From Macrostomum lignano (Eukaryota), in NCBI GenBank assembly GCA_002269645.1, contig NIVC01000455.1:186001-250000 (forward strand): DNA of 64,000 bases, written 5' to 3'. Below, one piece after another: positions 10,101 to 24,300 of this stretch. The notes under the pieces were generated by a model. That model searched no databases, was not told where the DNA came from, and was given only the letters and a program-made list of their open reading frames with translations. Made by a program: the position numbers and the translations under genes. Each line of letters opens with the position of its first letter. Position 1 is the first letter of the stretch.

Positions 10101-13100
10101 TACTATATAATGGCGCCAATTAGCAAGCATCCAACAGATGTAGTAAGCACCCGAGACCCAGGGCACACACAGACAGACCATTTTTAGCATCAGCCATATA
10201 TGCTTCAGCACTGCAGTCAAATACATAGCAGTGATATATAGCAGTGAGGCCTATACATAGTTGCGCAATACTTCAATACTTTTAAAGTGCACTGGCTGAT
10301 ATCTCTCCCTTATGCAAAAAAGCATGTTTTTGAATATGCATATTTAATTATTTATAGCTCATATAGCATTAGCTCAAGAAGTTGAAGTTTAGTCTATGGC
10401 CATAGACATATTGAGCCCTCACTGCGAGAAAAATACACTAATTAGATACGGAAAATACAGTTTTTTGAATATTTAACCATCTTCCCATTCGAATTTATCA
10501 ATGCAATTTACACCCACACAATCTCACAAGAATTTTCAAATGAATAAAGCAAGTTTGAAAAAAATCGGTTTAGGCATTCAGGCTGTAGACTGAAATACCG
10601 GTCAGGACAGACAGACAGACAGACGGATCTAAGAGATATAGTATATTGGTGATTTTAAGGTTGTAGTATAATGTGTTCTAATTCTAAAACTTAAAAAAAT
10701 ATTTGTCTAAACTTGATAGACAATTAAATTAGAATAGGATCATGTTATATATGCTAGTAATTTATGGTACCTATTTGTGATAGCTAGTGTATACTTAAAA
10801 TTGGTAGACAATTTTGAAAAGTCTTATTATAGAACTCCCTACTCCCAAATCTTTTATATATGTTGGAAAATTCTGGCATATAATAGACGTGAAAAATGGG
10901 CTGGCATAAAATATCTGGCATATGGAACAATCCACTGGAAAATTGCACTATAGAGCTAGCTTTGTTACTATAGACAAAGCTAAGGGCTATACATTCAAAG
11001 TATATTAATTACTACAGCTAGTTATTAAATTATTTTTAAACACAATGTCAACTGTATCCAAATAAATGTTCGAACTACTAATTTTAGGGGCCCATTCAGC
11101 ATTGTGCGCAAGTGCATTCACAAGCAGACACAAAAGCTGTATGCTGTTAAAACTGTGGATGTGACAAAGTTTGCTTCGAGTCCTGGGCTGTCAACTGCTG
11201 GTGAGTATTGAGATTCTGAAAGTATTGACTTTTAAAATTGTTCCTCGCCCCTCAATCCCCAAAAGAATCGCCCCTCAACCCCCATCAGAATCGCCCCTCA
11301 ATCCCATAAGAATCGCCCCTCAATTCCCAAAAGAATCGCCCCTCAACCCCCATTAGAATCGCCCCTCAATCCCCAAAAGAATCGCCCCTCAACCCCCATC
11401 AGAATCGCCCCTCAATCCCATAAGAATCGCCCCTCAATTCCCAAAAGAATCGCCCCTCAACCCCCATTAGAATCGCCCCTCAATCCCATAAGAATCGCCT
11501 AAATCCCCCAAAAAATCGTCGTTAAACCGCTTAGCCGCACAAGAATCAGCTTTATCAATACCCGACCCGAAATTCGCAGACCTGAAGCGGGAGGCCAGCA
11601 TCTGCCATCTGCTGAAGCACAATCACATTGTGGAGCTGCAGGAAACCTACAGCATGGAGGGCATGCTCTACATGGTGTTTGAATAGTGAGTTGCTTTCAG
11701 CGCTGTTTTACGCAGGATGCCCGTTCGGCGTTGAAGTTAATCAACACACTGCGGGGGAGCAGGGGGGGGCGGTAAAGAGCGAAGAGGCGGCTCCTCTCCG
11801 TGATTTATTGCACCAATTTTTCCCTTCCTGCGTCCCTGTCTCTCACTTCCTCCACCAACCCCATTTTCTGTTGCAAAACTGCAGTCCTTTTTTAGCATAC
11901 TGTGCAGTCAGCGCAGCGTGACCGGCTCTTGCTGAATTTCTGTGCGTCTTTCTGTCCCTGTCACCTCCATACCTGCGGTTTGCGGTTGCTGCTGCTGTGT
12001 ATTCGTATACACGTATATATCATGTCTCCATCAGCCAAGTTTAGTTCGCGCTGGATTCTGCTGTCGTACGAATCATTCTTTGTTGTTTCTTTCAGCGAAT
12101 CCACGGTGTTGCACGCCTATTCGCTGGAAAAGATTAACCTTGTTATTTTCTTTTGGGGTTAGAGGTTGGCTGCTTTTTCTTTAAAGCAATCCCTTTTGAT
12201 GACAGTGAAACATTACTCAAATGCTTTCAAATGAAAGCGAATTCACAAATACTCTCTGCTTCCTGTGTCTTGCAAAATACGAGTAATTGCGTACTTCTTA
12301 CCCTCCAGACCTCTTAAGGTTCTTCGATATTTTAGCTTGCCACACAGCGGGGCTTTAAAACTGGTACTGTCTCTTGGCTTCATGCGAGCCCATAGATAAA
12401 AACAACACGGTCCAAACTGACAACATAAATACAAGTACACAGTCAAGTCACATTAATAAGCTAAGCTGCAAAAGGATTGAGAATATATAGTTAGGCTATT
12501 ATTTAGACACTCAGTATTTCCGATTCCCTATCTGCTAGGTCTTATTTTAGGCAGCAGTGGGTATTGTAAAACTTCTTTCAAGTACCTAATCTCCAGTTCC
12601 AGCTGTTCCATAGTAATACATAGCTTAGTAAAAGTACAACTGCATTCTACAGTTAAGCAGAGTGGACATAGGCAGTCTGTGCGCAAATTCGGGTGCGGTA
12701 TAAGATCATAATCTGACGATTCTATTTTAACCTGTCTGTCTGTCAGTGTGTTCACACTATGCCAAGCTAGGAAAGAATTTGGTAGTGTAGATTTTTTGGC
12801 AGTGAATCTGTAGATTCTGCTAAATGCCTACAGGGTGGTACCAACACAGACTCAGATTCCTTTGAAGTTTTTGAAAGTTTTAGTTTGAAAAAAAATGAAT
12901 TGTCTGTCTGTCCTTCGCGGAATTCCAGCTGTGATTACTGCCTGTTAATCTGTTCCACACGGGCCCGTCTTCGCCTGATGACACCTCTGACGGACAGGGG
13001 TGAAATCCCAAGCAACTTCCTTTATTAGCGAGATTTTCCACCCTGTGCGGAACTTGGCCGCCTGCCGGGCTGACCATCAGAGAGTCTGTATTAGATAAGG

Positions 13101-14028
13101 GAGGGCAGCGATCAAAGCCTGAAAAGGAATTTGGCAACCCTTTTTCTCCTCGGGTATTATGTCCTTGCCCCCCTCTCTAACCTAAGGGAGGGGCAACTTG
13201 AGGTGAGTCATGGGCGCCTCAGGCTAGACATCTGGACTGGAACCTTAGATAGCCGAAATTAAACTGTCATATTGTTTTATAATTGAGCAGGTCTCAAAAC
13301 ACATTGAAATAACAGTATTTTATTTTTCGATAAATACTCATTTTAGTGTAGTGGACTAGCCATCTGCGCCCCCCCGTTGGGGGAGGCAACAAAGAGAAGC
13401 AGCTGCGCCTGATCCACTTCACTTGTCCTTGTATATCAGGCGCAGGGACAGACAGTACAGAGATGAGCTGGGTGGAAGAGACTGAGGCGGTAGGGCGTGA
13501 GCTTACGGAGCAGCAGTTTTTCCTAATTCTTCCCTCTGCTTTTAGTGTTTTTTCTCCGCACGGAGCTCAAAGTAGAGATAGACTGCACAAGAAAGCGGGC
13601 GAAGCGGGTCAGACAGGGGCGGGCGGTTCGCCTGGGATTTTCTCCGGCAACCGCGTCAGACCTAGCCGAGAGGCGGGGTGAGAGCGCCCACTGATCTCCT
13701 CAACTGCTGCCTGCCATCCCCTGCAGCTTGAGGCGGAGGCTGGACTGCACCGACCTCATCAAATTTATCCTTCTCAACCCGCGCAAGTCTGCCAGCCTAA
13801 TCCACCGTCTCGGTGTCTCTTTCTTTTATTCTGGCGAATTTCTCCGCGAAAAGCCGCAGCAGGCTCTCGTATTGGACTGGCTTTTATATTCGGTCTAATA
13901 TAATTATTGCTGTTATTGCATTATAGTCTGCATTGATGCTGCAGTGCAGGCGCTTCTGTCTGTCTTGTCACTGACCCTCTACCGTATCCTAGCTTGCTAC
14001 CCTCTCCTAACTCTACCTCCCCCCTCTA

Positions 14029-14093
<65 letters not shown>

Positions 14094-17000
14094 CTATCTA
14101 TCTCTCCCTATACCCTCTAGCTCTGAAACAGTCTGTATAATCTCTCTATTCCATCCCTCCAGTCAGTGACCTCCACTCTTAACCTCTTCTTTTTCTATTA
14201 ACTCTCAATAAACATAATTGCCACTACCTCTGTTCATTCTCACTCTTCTCACTCAAAATTCCCCATCTCACCCAGCCAGACAGTCAGACAGAACTCTCGC
14301 CCAGCTGTGATTCCAAATCGATGGCTCCCATCTCTCGCGAGACCTCCCCGCCCCCCATCCCTTGCAAACTGGTGGATTTGGCCGCGGCTTAATAGAACTG
14401 CTTTGCAGTCGGTTGGTTGCGGTAATCCGCCTTACGGATTCCCCTGTCTGGACATCCCGGCGAGGCTCCACGGCCTGCAAGCAATCAATAACCAGTGATG
14501 CTCTGCACTTGATTGATTATCGGAACTCGCTGGGGCTTGGGTTGGGTGTTACACTAATTGTGTTTTTGTGTATTTCTCTGCTTGCTAAACTCATTTTAGC
14601 CAAGTAAATTCAGATTGCAATTATTCAAGATTGGGTTTGAGTACAAGTTTGCTTCAAATGTGTGTCCGCAGTGCATTTCCAATGGTGTCTTTATTTGTGT
14701 CCTCAGTACAGTTCCAATGGGTGTTCTAAGGGGTGTCGGCAGTACAGTTCCAATGGGTGTTCTAAGGGGTGTCCGCAGTACAGTTCCAATGGGTGTTCTA
14801 AGGGGTGTCCGCAGTACAGTTCCAATAGGTGTTCCAAGGGGTGTCCTCAGTACAGTTCCAATAGGTGTTCCAAGGGGTGTCCGCAGTACAGTTCCAATAG
14901 GTGTTCCAAGGGGTGTCCTCAGTACAGTTTCAATAGGTGTTCCAAGGGGTGTCCTCAGTACAGTTCCAATAGGTGTTCCAAGGGGTGTCGGCAGTACAGT
15001 TCCAATGGGTGTTCTAGGGGTGTCCTCAGTACAGTTCCAATGGGTGTTCCAAGGGGTGTCCTCAGTACAGTTCCAATAGGTGTCTTAAAGGGTGTCCTCT
15101 GCTTTCTGCAATTACAATACATGTATTTCATGCGTCCACAAGCCCTTTGAGTTTTGTGTCCAAGGCAGTCCATAAGCTCCCCATTTAAATGTGCTTTTGT
15201 GATGCCGCAGTATTCACATGCCAAAATAATTGAATTTGGAACAAATTTTTAAAAAGGTGCAAATTATTTTCCGTCTCTCCGAGCCCACAATGCCAGCCGC
15301 TTGCTGAGCCCACCTATTTGCTTAGCAAGCAGTCAGTGCGCATTGTGATAGTTTTTGAGGCGCAGATTATTGGGAAAAGACTGCATTTTTTCAGTCTCCA
15401 GCGCCCTCCGGCTGTCAGTGGATCTTTCATCCAGTTCGGTTTGCTATGCTGAAAGCAAGATTTTGTCTTTGCTTTTCACACTTTAAGCTTCCAAACTGCT
15501 TCACTGGAGGCGGGACAAGTTGGAAAATTTTAAAGCAGACAATTTGTTCTGCTTAAAATATGAGTTATGCTACTTGTTAGTAGTTCAAACTATCTAAGGT
15601 CTTAAGCCGCACCGATCCCCGTCTGTTCACCGCAGCATGGACGGCGCCGATCTCTGCTTCGAGATTGTCAAGCGGGCCACTGCCGGTTTCGTGTTCAGCG
15701 AGAGTGTCGCCACGTAAGCCGCAGCGTTGCTTTTGTACTCTGCTTTCGGGCAGTGAATGCTAGCAGTGTGTGACAGTGAATGCCTAGCAGTGTGTGATAG
15801 GGAATGCCTAGCAGTGTGTGACAGTGAATGCCTAGCAGTGTGTGATAGTGAATGCCTAGCAGTGTGTGACAGTGAATGCCTAGCAGTGTGTGATAGTGAA
15901 TGCCTAGCAGTGTGACAGGGAATGCCTAGCAGTGTGTGACAGTGAATGCCTAGCAGTGTGTGATAGTGAATGCCTAGCAGTGTGTGACAGGGAATGCTAG
16001 CAGTGTGTGACAGTGAATGCCTAGCAGTGTGTGACAGGGAATGCCTAGCAGTGTGTGATAGTGAATGCCTAGCAGTGTGTGATAGTGAATGCCTAGCAGT
16101 GTGTGACAGGGAATGCCTAGCAGTGTGTGACAGTGAATGCCTAGCAGTGTGTGATAGGGACTGCCTAGCAGTGTGTGACAGTGAATGCCTAGCAGTGTGA
16201 CAGGGAATGCCTAGCAGTGTGTGACAGTGAATGCCTAGCAGTGTGTGATAGGGAATGCCTAGCAGTGTGTGACAGTGAATGCCTAGCAGTGTGTGACAGT
16301 GAATGCTAGCAGTGTGTGACAGTGAATGCTAGCAGTGTGTGATAGGGAATGCCTAGCAGTGTGTGACAGTGAATGCCTAGCAGTGTGTGACAGTGAATGC
16401 CTAGCAGTGTGTGATAGGGACTGCCTAGCAGTGTGTGACAGTGAATGCCTAGCAGTGTGTGATAGGGAATGCCTAGCAGTGTGTGACAGTGAATGCCTAG
16501 CAGTGTGTGATAGGGAATGCCTAGCAGTGTGTGACAGTGAATGCCTAGCAGTGTGTGACAGTGAATGCTAGCAGTGTGTGACAGTGAATGCTAGCAGTGT
16601 GTGATAGGGAATGCCTAGCAGTGTGTGACAGTGAATGCCTAGCAGTGTGTGACAGTGAATGCCTAGCAGTGTGTGACAGGGAATGCCTAGCAGTGTGTGA
16701 CAGGGAATGCTAGCAGTGTGTGATAGTGAATGCTAGCAGTGTGTGACAGTGAATGCCTAGCAGTGTGTGATAGGGAATGCCTAGCAGTGTGTGACAGTGA
16801 ATGCCTAGCAGTGTGTGACAGTGAATGCTAGCAGTGTGTGACAGTGAATGCTAGCAGTGTGTGACAGTGAATGCCTAGCAGTGTGTGATAGTGAATGCTA
16901 GCAGTGTGTGACAGTGAATGCCTAGCAGTGTGTGACAGTGAATGCCTAGCAGTGTGTGACAGTGAATGCCTAGCAGTGTGTGACAGTAAATGCCTAGCAG

Positions 17001-20000
17001 TGTGTGACAGTGAATGCCTAGCAGTGTGTGACAGTGAATGCCTAGCAGTGTGTGACAGTGAATGCCTAGCAGTGTGTGACAGTGAATGCCTAGCAGTGTG
17101 TGACAGTGAATGCCTAGCAGTGTGTGACAGTGAATGCCTAGCAGTGTGTGACAGTGAATGCCTAGCAGTGTGACAGGGAATACCTAGCAGTGTGACAGGG
17201 AATGCCTGGCAGTGTGACAGGGAATGCTAGCAGTGTGACAGGGAATGCCTAGCAGTGTGACAGGGAATGCCTGGCAGTGTGACAGGGAATGCCTGGCAGT
17301 GTGACAGGGAATGCCTGGCAGTGTGACAGGGAATGCTAGCAGTTTGTCACGGCAGCTCCCCCTGGGTATCTCAAGGGATCTCTAAGTTGCTGCTTCAGCT
17401 CACACGCCGTCACCTCTGCAGGCACTACATGCGGCAGATCCTGGAGGCGGTGCGCTACTGTCACGAGCACAACATCATCCACCGCGACCTGAAGCCGCAC
17501 TGCGTGCTGCTGCACTCCAAGGAGAACTCGGCGCCTGTGAAACTCGGCGGTTTTGGCATCGCCGTACAGCTCGACAGCAGCGGGCTCGTTCCTGGGGTGA
17601 GATCTCACCTGAGATTTTGTTTGCTTTTTCTTGCTGCTCTGTCTTATAGATGTGTCTTATAGTTCACCTGCCATCACGATCTTTGTCTCATTCAGCTGTG
17701 ATCCCTATCACATGATATGTGATCCCTATCTCATGATCTGTGATCCCTACCCCATGATTTGTTATCCCTATCCCATGATCTGTGACCCCTACCCCATGAT
17801 CTGTGATCCCTATTCCATGATCTTTGATCCCTATCCCATGATCTATGATCCCTACCCCATGAGCTGTGATCCCTATCCTATGATCTGTAATCCCTATCCC
17901 ATGAGCTGTAATCCCTATCCCATGAGCTGTGATCCCTATCCCATGATCTGTGATCTCTATCCCATGATCTGTGATCCCTATCCCATGATCTGTGATCCCT
18001 ATCCCATGATCTGTGATCCCTATCCCATGATCTGTGATCCCTATCCCATGATCTGTGATCCCTATCCCACTATCCCATGATCTGTGATCCCTATCCCATG
18101 ATCTGTGGTCCCTATCCCATGATCTGTGATCTCTATCCCATGATCTGTGATCCCTATCCCATGATCTGTGATCCCTATCCCATGATCTGTGATCCCTATC
18201 CCATGATCTGTGATCCGTATTCCATGATCTGTGATCCCTATCCCATGATCTGTGATCCGTATTCCATGATCTGTGATCCCTATCCCATGATCTGTGATCC
18301 CTATCCCACAATCCCATGATCTGTGATCCGTATTCCATGATCTGTGATCCCTATCCCATGATCTGTGATCCGTATTCCATGATCTGTGATCCCTATCCCA
18401 TGATCTGTGATCCCTATCCCACTATCCCATGATCTTTGACCCCTATCCCATGATCTGTGATCCCTATCCCATGATCTGTGATCTCTATCAAATGATCTGT
18501 GATCCCTATCCCATGATCTGTGATCCCTATCCCATGATCTGTGATCCCTATCCTATGATCTGTGATCCCTATCCCATGATCTGTGATCCCTATCCCATGA
18601 TCTGTGATCTCTATCCCATGATCTGTGATCCCTATCCCATGATCTGTGATCCCTATCCCATGATCTGTGATCCCTATCCCATGATCTGTGATCCCTATCC
18701 CATGATCTGTGATCCCTATCCCATGATCTGTGATCCCTATCCCATGATCTGTGATCCGTATTCCATGATCTGTGATCCGTATTCCATGATCTGTGATCCC
18801 TATCCCATGATCTGTGATCCCTATCCCATGATCTGTGATCCCTATCCCATGATCTTTGACCCCTATCCCATGATCTGTGATCCCTATCCCATGATCTGTG
18901 GTCCCTATTCAATGATCTGTGATCCGTATTCCATGATCTGTGATCCCTATCCCATGATCTGTGATCCCTATCCCATGATCTGTGATCCCTATCCCATGAT
19001 CTTTGACCCCTATCCCATGATCTGTGATCCCTATCCCATGATCTGTGGTCCCTATTCCATGATCTGTGAACCCTATCCCACTATCCCATGATCTGTGATC
19101 CCTATCCCATGATCTGTGGTCCCTATTCCATGATCTGTGAACCCTATCCCACTATCCCATGATCTGTGATCCCTATCCCATGAGCTGTAGTTTTGGTCCT
19201 AAGAGTTTCAAAAAACGTAAAATATTCGAAATGGTTGATAATTGTGAAGTCTGTCCGGATGAGGCCTCACACCGCCCAGTCATGCACTCGTAGATTCTAA
19301 GAAACTGCTTTAATTTGGCTTCAACTTAGTACTCTTGATGTTTGTTCTGCTTCTGTGTGAATCGAAATAGTTTTGTCAATTGTAGAAGTGAATTTTTTTT
19401 CATTTACTATGCAATATTTTTTCTGCAACACTTCCGCTATTTTATTGCTTTTGCTGCTTGTACTTTAAATTTTTACAGTATCTGGCTGGACTATCAGCAC
19501 TGGCAGAACTCTGAGTTATGCTGAGTTGTGTTACTGCCGCACATTCTGCACTCGGGTTTCGTTTCACCTGCCTCCCGATTCTCAGTGTCTCATCTCACCT
19601 ATCTCCCCTATTCTCAGTGTCTCATCTCACCTGTCTCCCCTATTCTCAGTGTCTCATCTCACCTGTCTCCCCTATTCTCAGTGTCTCATCTCACCTGTCT
19701 CCCCTATTCTCAGTGTCTCATCTCACCTGTCTCCCCTATTCTCAGTGTCTCATCTCACCTGTCTCCCCTATTCTCAGTGTCTCATCTCACCTGTCTCCCC
19801 TATTCTCAGTGTCTCATCTCACCTGTCTCCCCTATTCTCAGTGTCTCATCTTACTTGTCTCCCCTATTCTCAGTTTCTCATCTCACCTGTCTCTTCGATT
19901 GTCAGTCTCTCATCTCACCTGCCTCCCGATTCTCAGTCTCTCATCTCACCTATCTCCCCGATTCTCAGTCTCTAATCTTACCTGCCCCCCGGTTCTTAGT

Positions 20001-21330
20001 CTCTCATCTCACGTGTCTTCCCGATTCTCAATCTTTCATCTCATCTGTCTCCCAGATTCTTAATCTCTTATCTCACCTGCCTCCCAATTCTCCAACTCTT
20101 GTCTTTCCTTCACAGAATCTAGATGATAGAAGATACTTTGAAAATTTTGAAGGAGAATTCAATAAGACCTGATAAATCTGCTTGCCAACCTGCCTCTCCC
20201 CTCTGCCCGCAACCGCGCGCTTATTGCAGACACTCCAGTTAAAGTAGAGCAGGAAATCTTTGTGAGCCTGAGAGATGACCAGCTGGGTAAGAAGCTGCAC
20301 AACTGTTTAACTAAACAACACGGTGCTGTGTGTGTGTATGATAACTGATGTGGCCAAAGGGTTTGAGGACTTGAGCTTTGCCGTGTGCTGCTGCTATGCC
20401 TTACAGCTTTTGTTCTTCATTCTGATTTCTCATTTCATGTTTTCATAATTTTATTCTCGGTTAATTATTATAATTAGCCTAACAGCAATAACCGGCTGGC
20501 TATGGCGGATTATCTAATAAGCGCATTCAAAGAAAGCGTTGGCTTATAATCTTATTTGACCCCCCAATTTGTTCTTTGGTTGTTTAATCCGGTGTTAATC
20601 TTCAATTTCCTTTAAACGCTGCGTTGCCACACTACTGACTGCTTGTAGTAGTGAGTAGTGATACACAGAGATAATATTACAGTAGACCAGAATTTTAACT
20701 GCTTGTGTGAGCTTCAGTTTTTTGTTTTAAATTTATTTTGCATGGCTCAGTTTTGTTATAATTTAAAAGGCGCCGCTCGCTAGTCAAATTTAAAAAATCC
20801 TAAACTTGACCGATTTGAACTAGACTTGAGCTGGCTTATAGTGCCTGGATTCGCTTCAAAAGCAAAGCTCTCGTGTCTGTAGGATTTAACCGCATTAATA
20901 GTTTATAGATTACTATTTATATACAGTAGAATTTTATAATAAAAGCATTTCACCACACCGTGCCATCCGCATAGGCCGCATCGGCACGCCGCACTTCATG
21001 GCGCCCGAAGTCATTCGGCGGGAGCCCTACGGCAAGCCGGTGGACGCCTGGGGCTGCGGAGTCCTGCTGTACATCCTGTTGACCGGCTCGCTGCCCTTCT
21101 ACGGCACCAAGGATGTGCTGTTCAGGCAGATTCTCAGCGGCCGGTATCGGGTGAGTGGCTGTCCTCTACTTATAGTGGCTCGTGGTAGCAAGAATTTAAT
21201 TAGCCTTCATCCCCAAGCAGTAGTACTAGTAGTAGTAATAGTAGTAGTAGTAATAGTAGTACTAGTACTAGTGGTAGTAGTAGCAGTAGTAGTAGTAGCA
21301 GTAGTAGTAGTGTAGTAGTAGTTGTAGTGA

Positions 21331-21362
<32 letters not shown>

Positions 21363-24300
21363 TTAATCAGTAGTAGTAGCAGTAGTAATAGTAGTAGTAG
21401 TAGTGGTAGTAGTAGCAGCAGTAGTAGTAGTATTAATCAGTATTGGTAGCAGTAGTAGTGGTAGTAATAGTAGTAGTGATAGTAGTACTAGTGGTAGTAG
21501 TATAAGTAGTGACAGTATTAGTAGTAGTAGTAGTAGCACACTATCGGACAATTACCGTGAATTAGAAAAGGACTCACTGAATGACTGGGTGGAGCCCATT
21601 GTGAGCACAAAGGCAGCAGCGCCACCCCGCCAATCGAACTCTGGTAGAAGAAGCCTCGAGTCTGGGACCACATCTCGGCAGAGGCGAAGGACCTGGTGAG
21701 CCGGCTACTGGATGTTGATCCGCAGCGACGCTTGACGGTGGAGGAGGCGCTGCGGCACCCGTGGATCCACGAGCGCAGCCGGGTGCCGAAGCTGCACCTG
21801 AGCGAGACGGTGGAAGAGATGAAGAAGTTCAATTCGAGGCGGAAGCTGAAGGGCGCCGTCCTGGCAGCCGTGTCCAGCGCCAAGTGGTCCGCCAGCTACG
21901 CCGATGCGGACACATCGGCCTCGGCCGCCGATCCCGCTGAGGATGACGTCACCTCGGCAGGTTGGTACTGCTGTTATTAGTTTATCCCAAATCCACTAAT
22001 TGGATTTGGAGAATAGCCTCCAAATCCACTGAGAATCGCCCCTAAATCGACTGTGAGAATCGTCTCAAATCCACTGTGAGAATCGCCTGAAATCCACTGT
22101 GAGAATCGTCTCAAATCCACTGTGAGAATCGTCTCAAATCTACTGTGAGAATCGCTCCAAATCCACTGTGAGAATCGTCTCAAATCCACTGTGAGAATCG
22201 TCTCAAATCCACTGTGAGAATCGTCCCACATGGAGAATGTGTCTGACCTCTCCGTCTTCCTCCGCCTCTCCCCAGTAGTTCGTGTCCCTGTTACCTGTGT
22301 GACGGACTCATAGCGCCTTACACGCTGGCAGTCGCATGGCTCACACCAGTGATGCTAAAAGTCTTGATATCATCGACCAGGCTGCCTCTCCAGTCCGGTT
22401 CTTCCTGTTCCCCAGCCCTGTCTGAAGCTCCTGTTCTCCATCTGACTCGCCCTTCTCCCCTCCCATCTCGTTAATTTCCCCGCCGCAGCCGCCGAGATTT
22501 CCCAATCTCTGCCTGCCTCGGGGCGATCCCCCCTTCCGCTGTCCTATCGGCTTTCCAGCCTCCGCCAGCAACCCACTTGCCCGTCCCTCTAGAAGGCTTA
22601 CTACTGCATTTCCTGACGTTTCTCTGCTCTCCATCTGTTAGTCGATGCAGTCAGCATTTCTCTTCTTGCTGCTAAAAGCAATTTCTTTCTAGCAACTTTT
22701 CAATGCTAAAGAATCATGATATTGCGCGGCTCTTTGGCTTCGTCTGTGTCAGGTAGATATTTAACCTTTGTGTGTTCTTCTGCGTGCAGAAACTGATATA
22801 TTAAGAGTGAAGACAGATTCTCAAGGCCTGATGGAGCGGAGAGGCAGATTCTCAAGGCCTGATGGAGCGGAGAGGCAGATTCTCAAGGCCTGAAATAGCG
22901 GAGAGGCAGATTCTCAAGGCCTGAAAGAGCGGAGAGGCAGATTCTCAAGGCCTGAAGGAGCGGAGAGGCAGATTCTCAAGGCCTGAAATAGCGGAGAGGC
23001 AGATTCTCAAGGCCTGAAAGAGCGGAGAGGCAGATTCTCAAGGCCTGAAATAGCGGAGAGGCGGAGAGGCAGATTCTCAAGGCCTGAAATAGCGGAGAGG
23101 CAGATTCTCAAGGCCTGAAATAGCGGAGAGGCGGAGAGGCAGATTCTCAAGGCCTGAAATAGAGGAGAGGCAGATTCTCAAGGCCTGAAATAGCGGAGAG
23201 GCGGAGAGGCAGATTCTCAAGGCCTGAAATAGCGGAGAGGCAGATTCTCAAGGCCTGAAAGAGCGGAGAGGCAGATTCTCAAGGCCTGAAGGAGCGGAGA
23301 GGCAGATTCTCAAGGCCTGAAATAGCGGAGAGGCAGATTCTCAAGGCCTGAAAGAGCGGAGAGGCAGATTCTCAAGGCCTGAAATAGCGGAGAGGCGGAG
23401 AGGCAGATTCTCAAGGCCTGAAAGAGCGGAGAGGCAGATTCTCAAGGCCTGAAATAGCGGAGAGGCGGAGAGGCAGATTCTCAAGGCCTGAAATAGCGGA
23501 GAGGCAGATTCTCCGGGCCTGAAATAGCGGAGAGGCAGATTCTCAAGGCCTGAAGGAGCGGAGAGGAAGACTCTGTTAGCATCGTCAGCATGATTGGGAT
23601 AAACTGTGCCAGTTGAAACTTGTTAATTATTTACTGTTTTGATGGATTGCCTTGCCAATTCGGCTCAGTTTGCAGAATTCTCCCAGCTTCTGAGAAGCCG
23701 TTGCTGCATTGAAATTTGCACTGTCAGATTTTTCCTTTCCTCAGCTCAAAAAGTTAATTTTTCCAGGTGTTAAAATTGTTCTTAGGTCCACACTTTGAGA
23801 CCAGGCTTGAGGTTGGTTGGTTATTGAATTGTAGACTCGAAATCTTATGACAGCTTACAGATGCAGAAGCTTGGTTAAAGCAGAGTTCTCACAACTTCCG
23901 GCAGTCTTAGCACTGAAACTTTTCCAGCTACAGACTATGTTACACTTGTGAGAGATTGAACTCAGTTATGTGCAGCCGAGAGTTGGCCCTGCATCTGTCA
24001 GCACCTTTTGCTGATTGAAGATTTGTCTGGGCCATAGTGAGCGTTGCGTACAGACTTTCTTAGATCCCCCATGTTGGGAGAAAGACTTCCAGATCCCCAT
24101 GCTGGGACACAGACTCTCCCAGATCCTCATGCTGGGACACAGACTCTCCCAGATCCCCATGCTGGGACACAGACTCTCCCAGATCCTCATGCTGGGACAC
24201 AGACTCTCCCAGATCCCCATGCTGGGACACAGACTCTCCCAGATCCTCATGCTGGGACACAGACTCTCCCAGATCCTCATGCTGGAACACAGACTCTCCC

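Noticed and set aside
12975-13005. Hammerhead-ribozyme-like CTGATGA-stem-GAAA (also CTGACGA at 44641)
   Set aside because: Stem II uses up G12 or starts with a mismatch, and stem III cannot be formed.
17597-20974. Alternative splice sites rescuing the CASK frame (donor T|GTTTGC near 17619; acceptor at 20901)
   Set aside because: Both are weak sites and would insert 7 or 25 unrelated residues into the activation segment.
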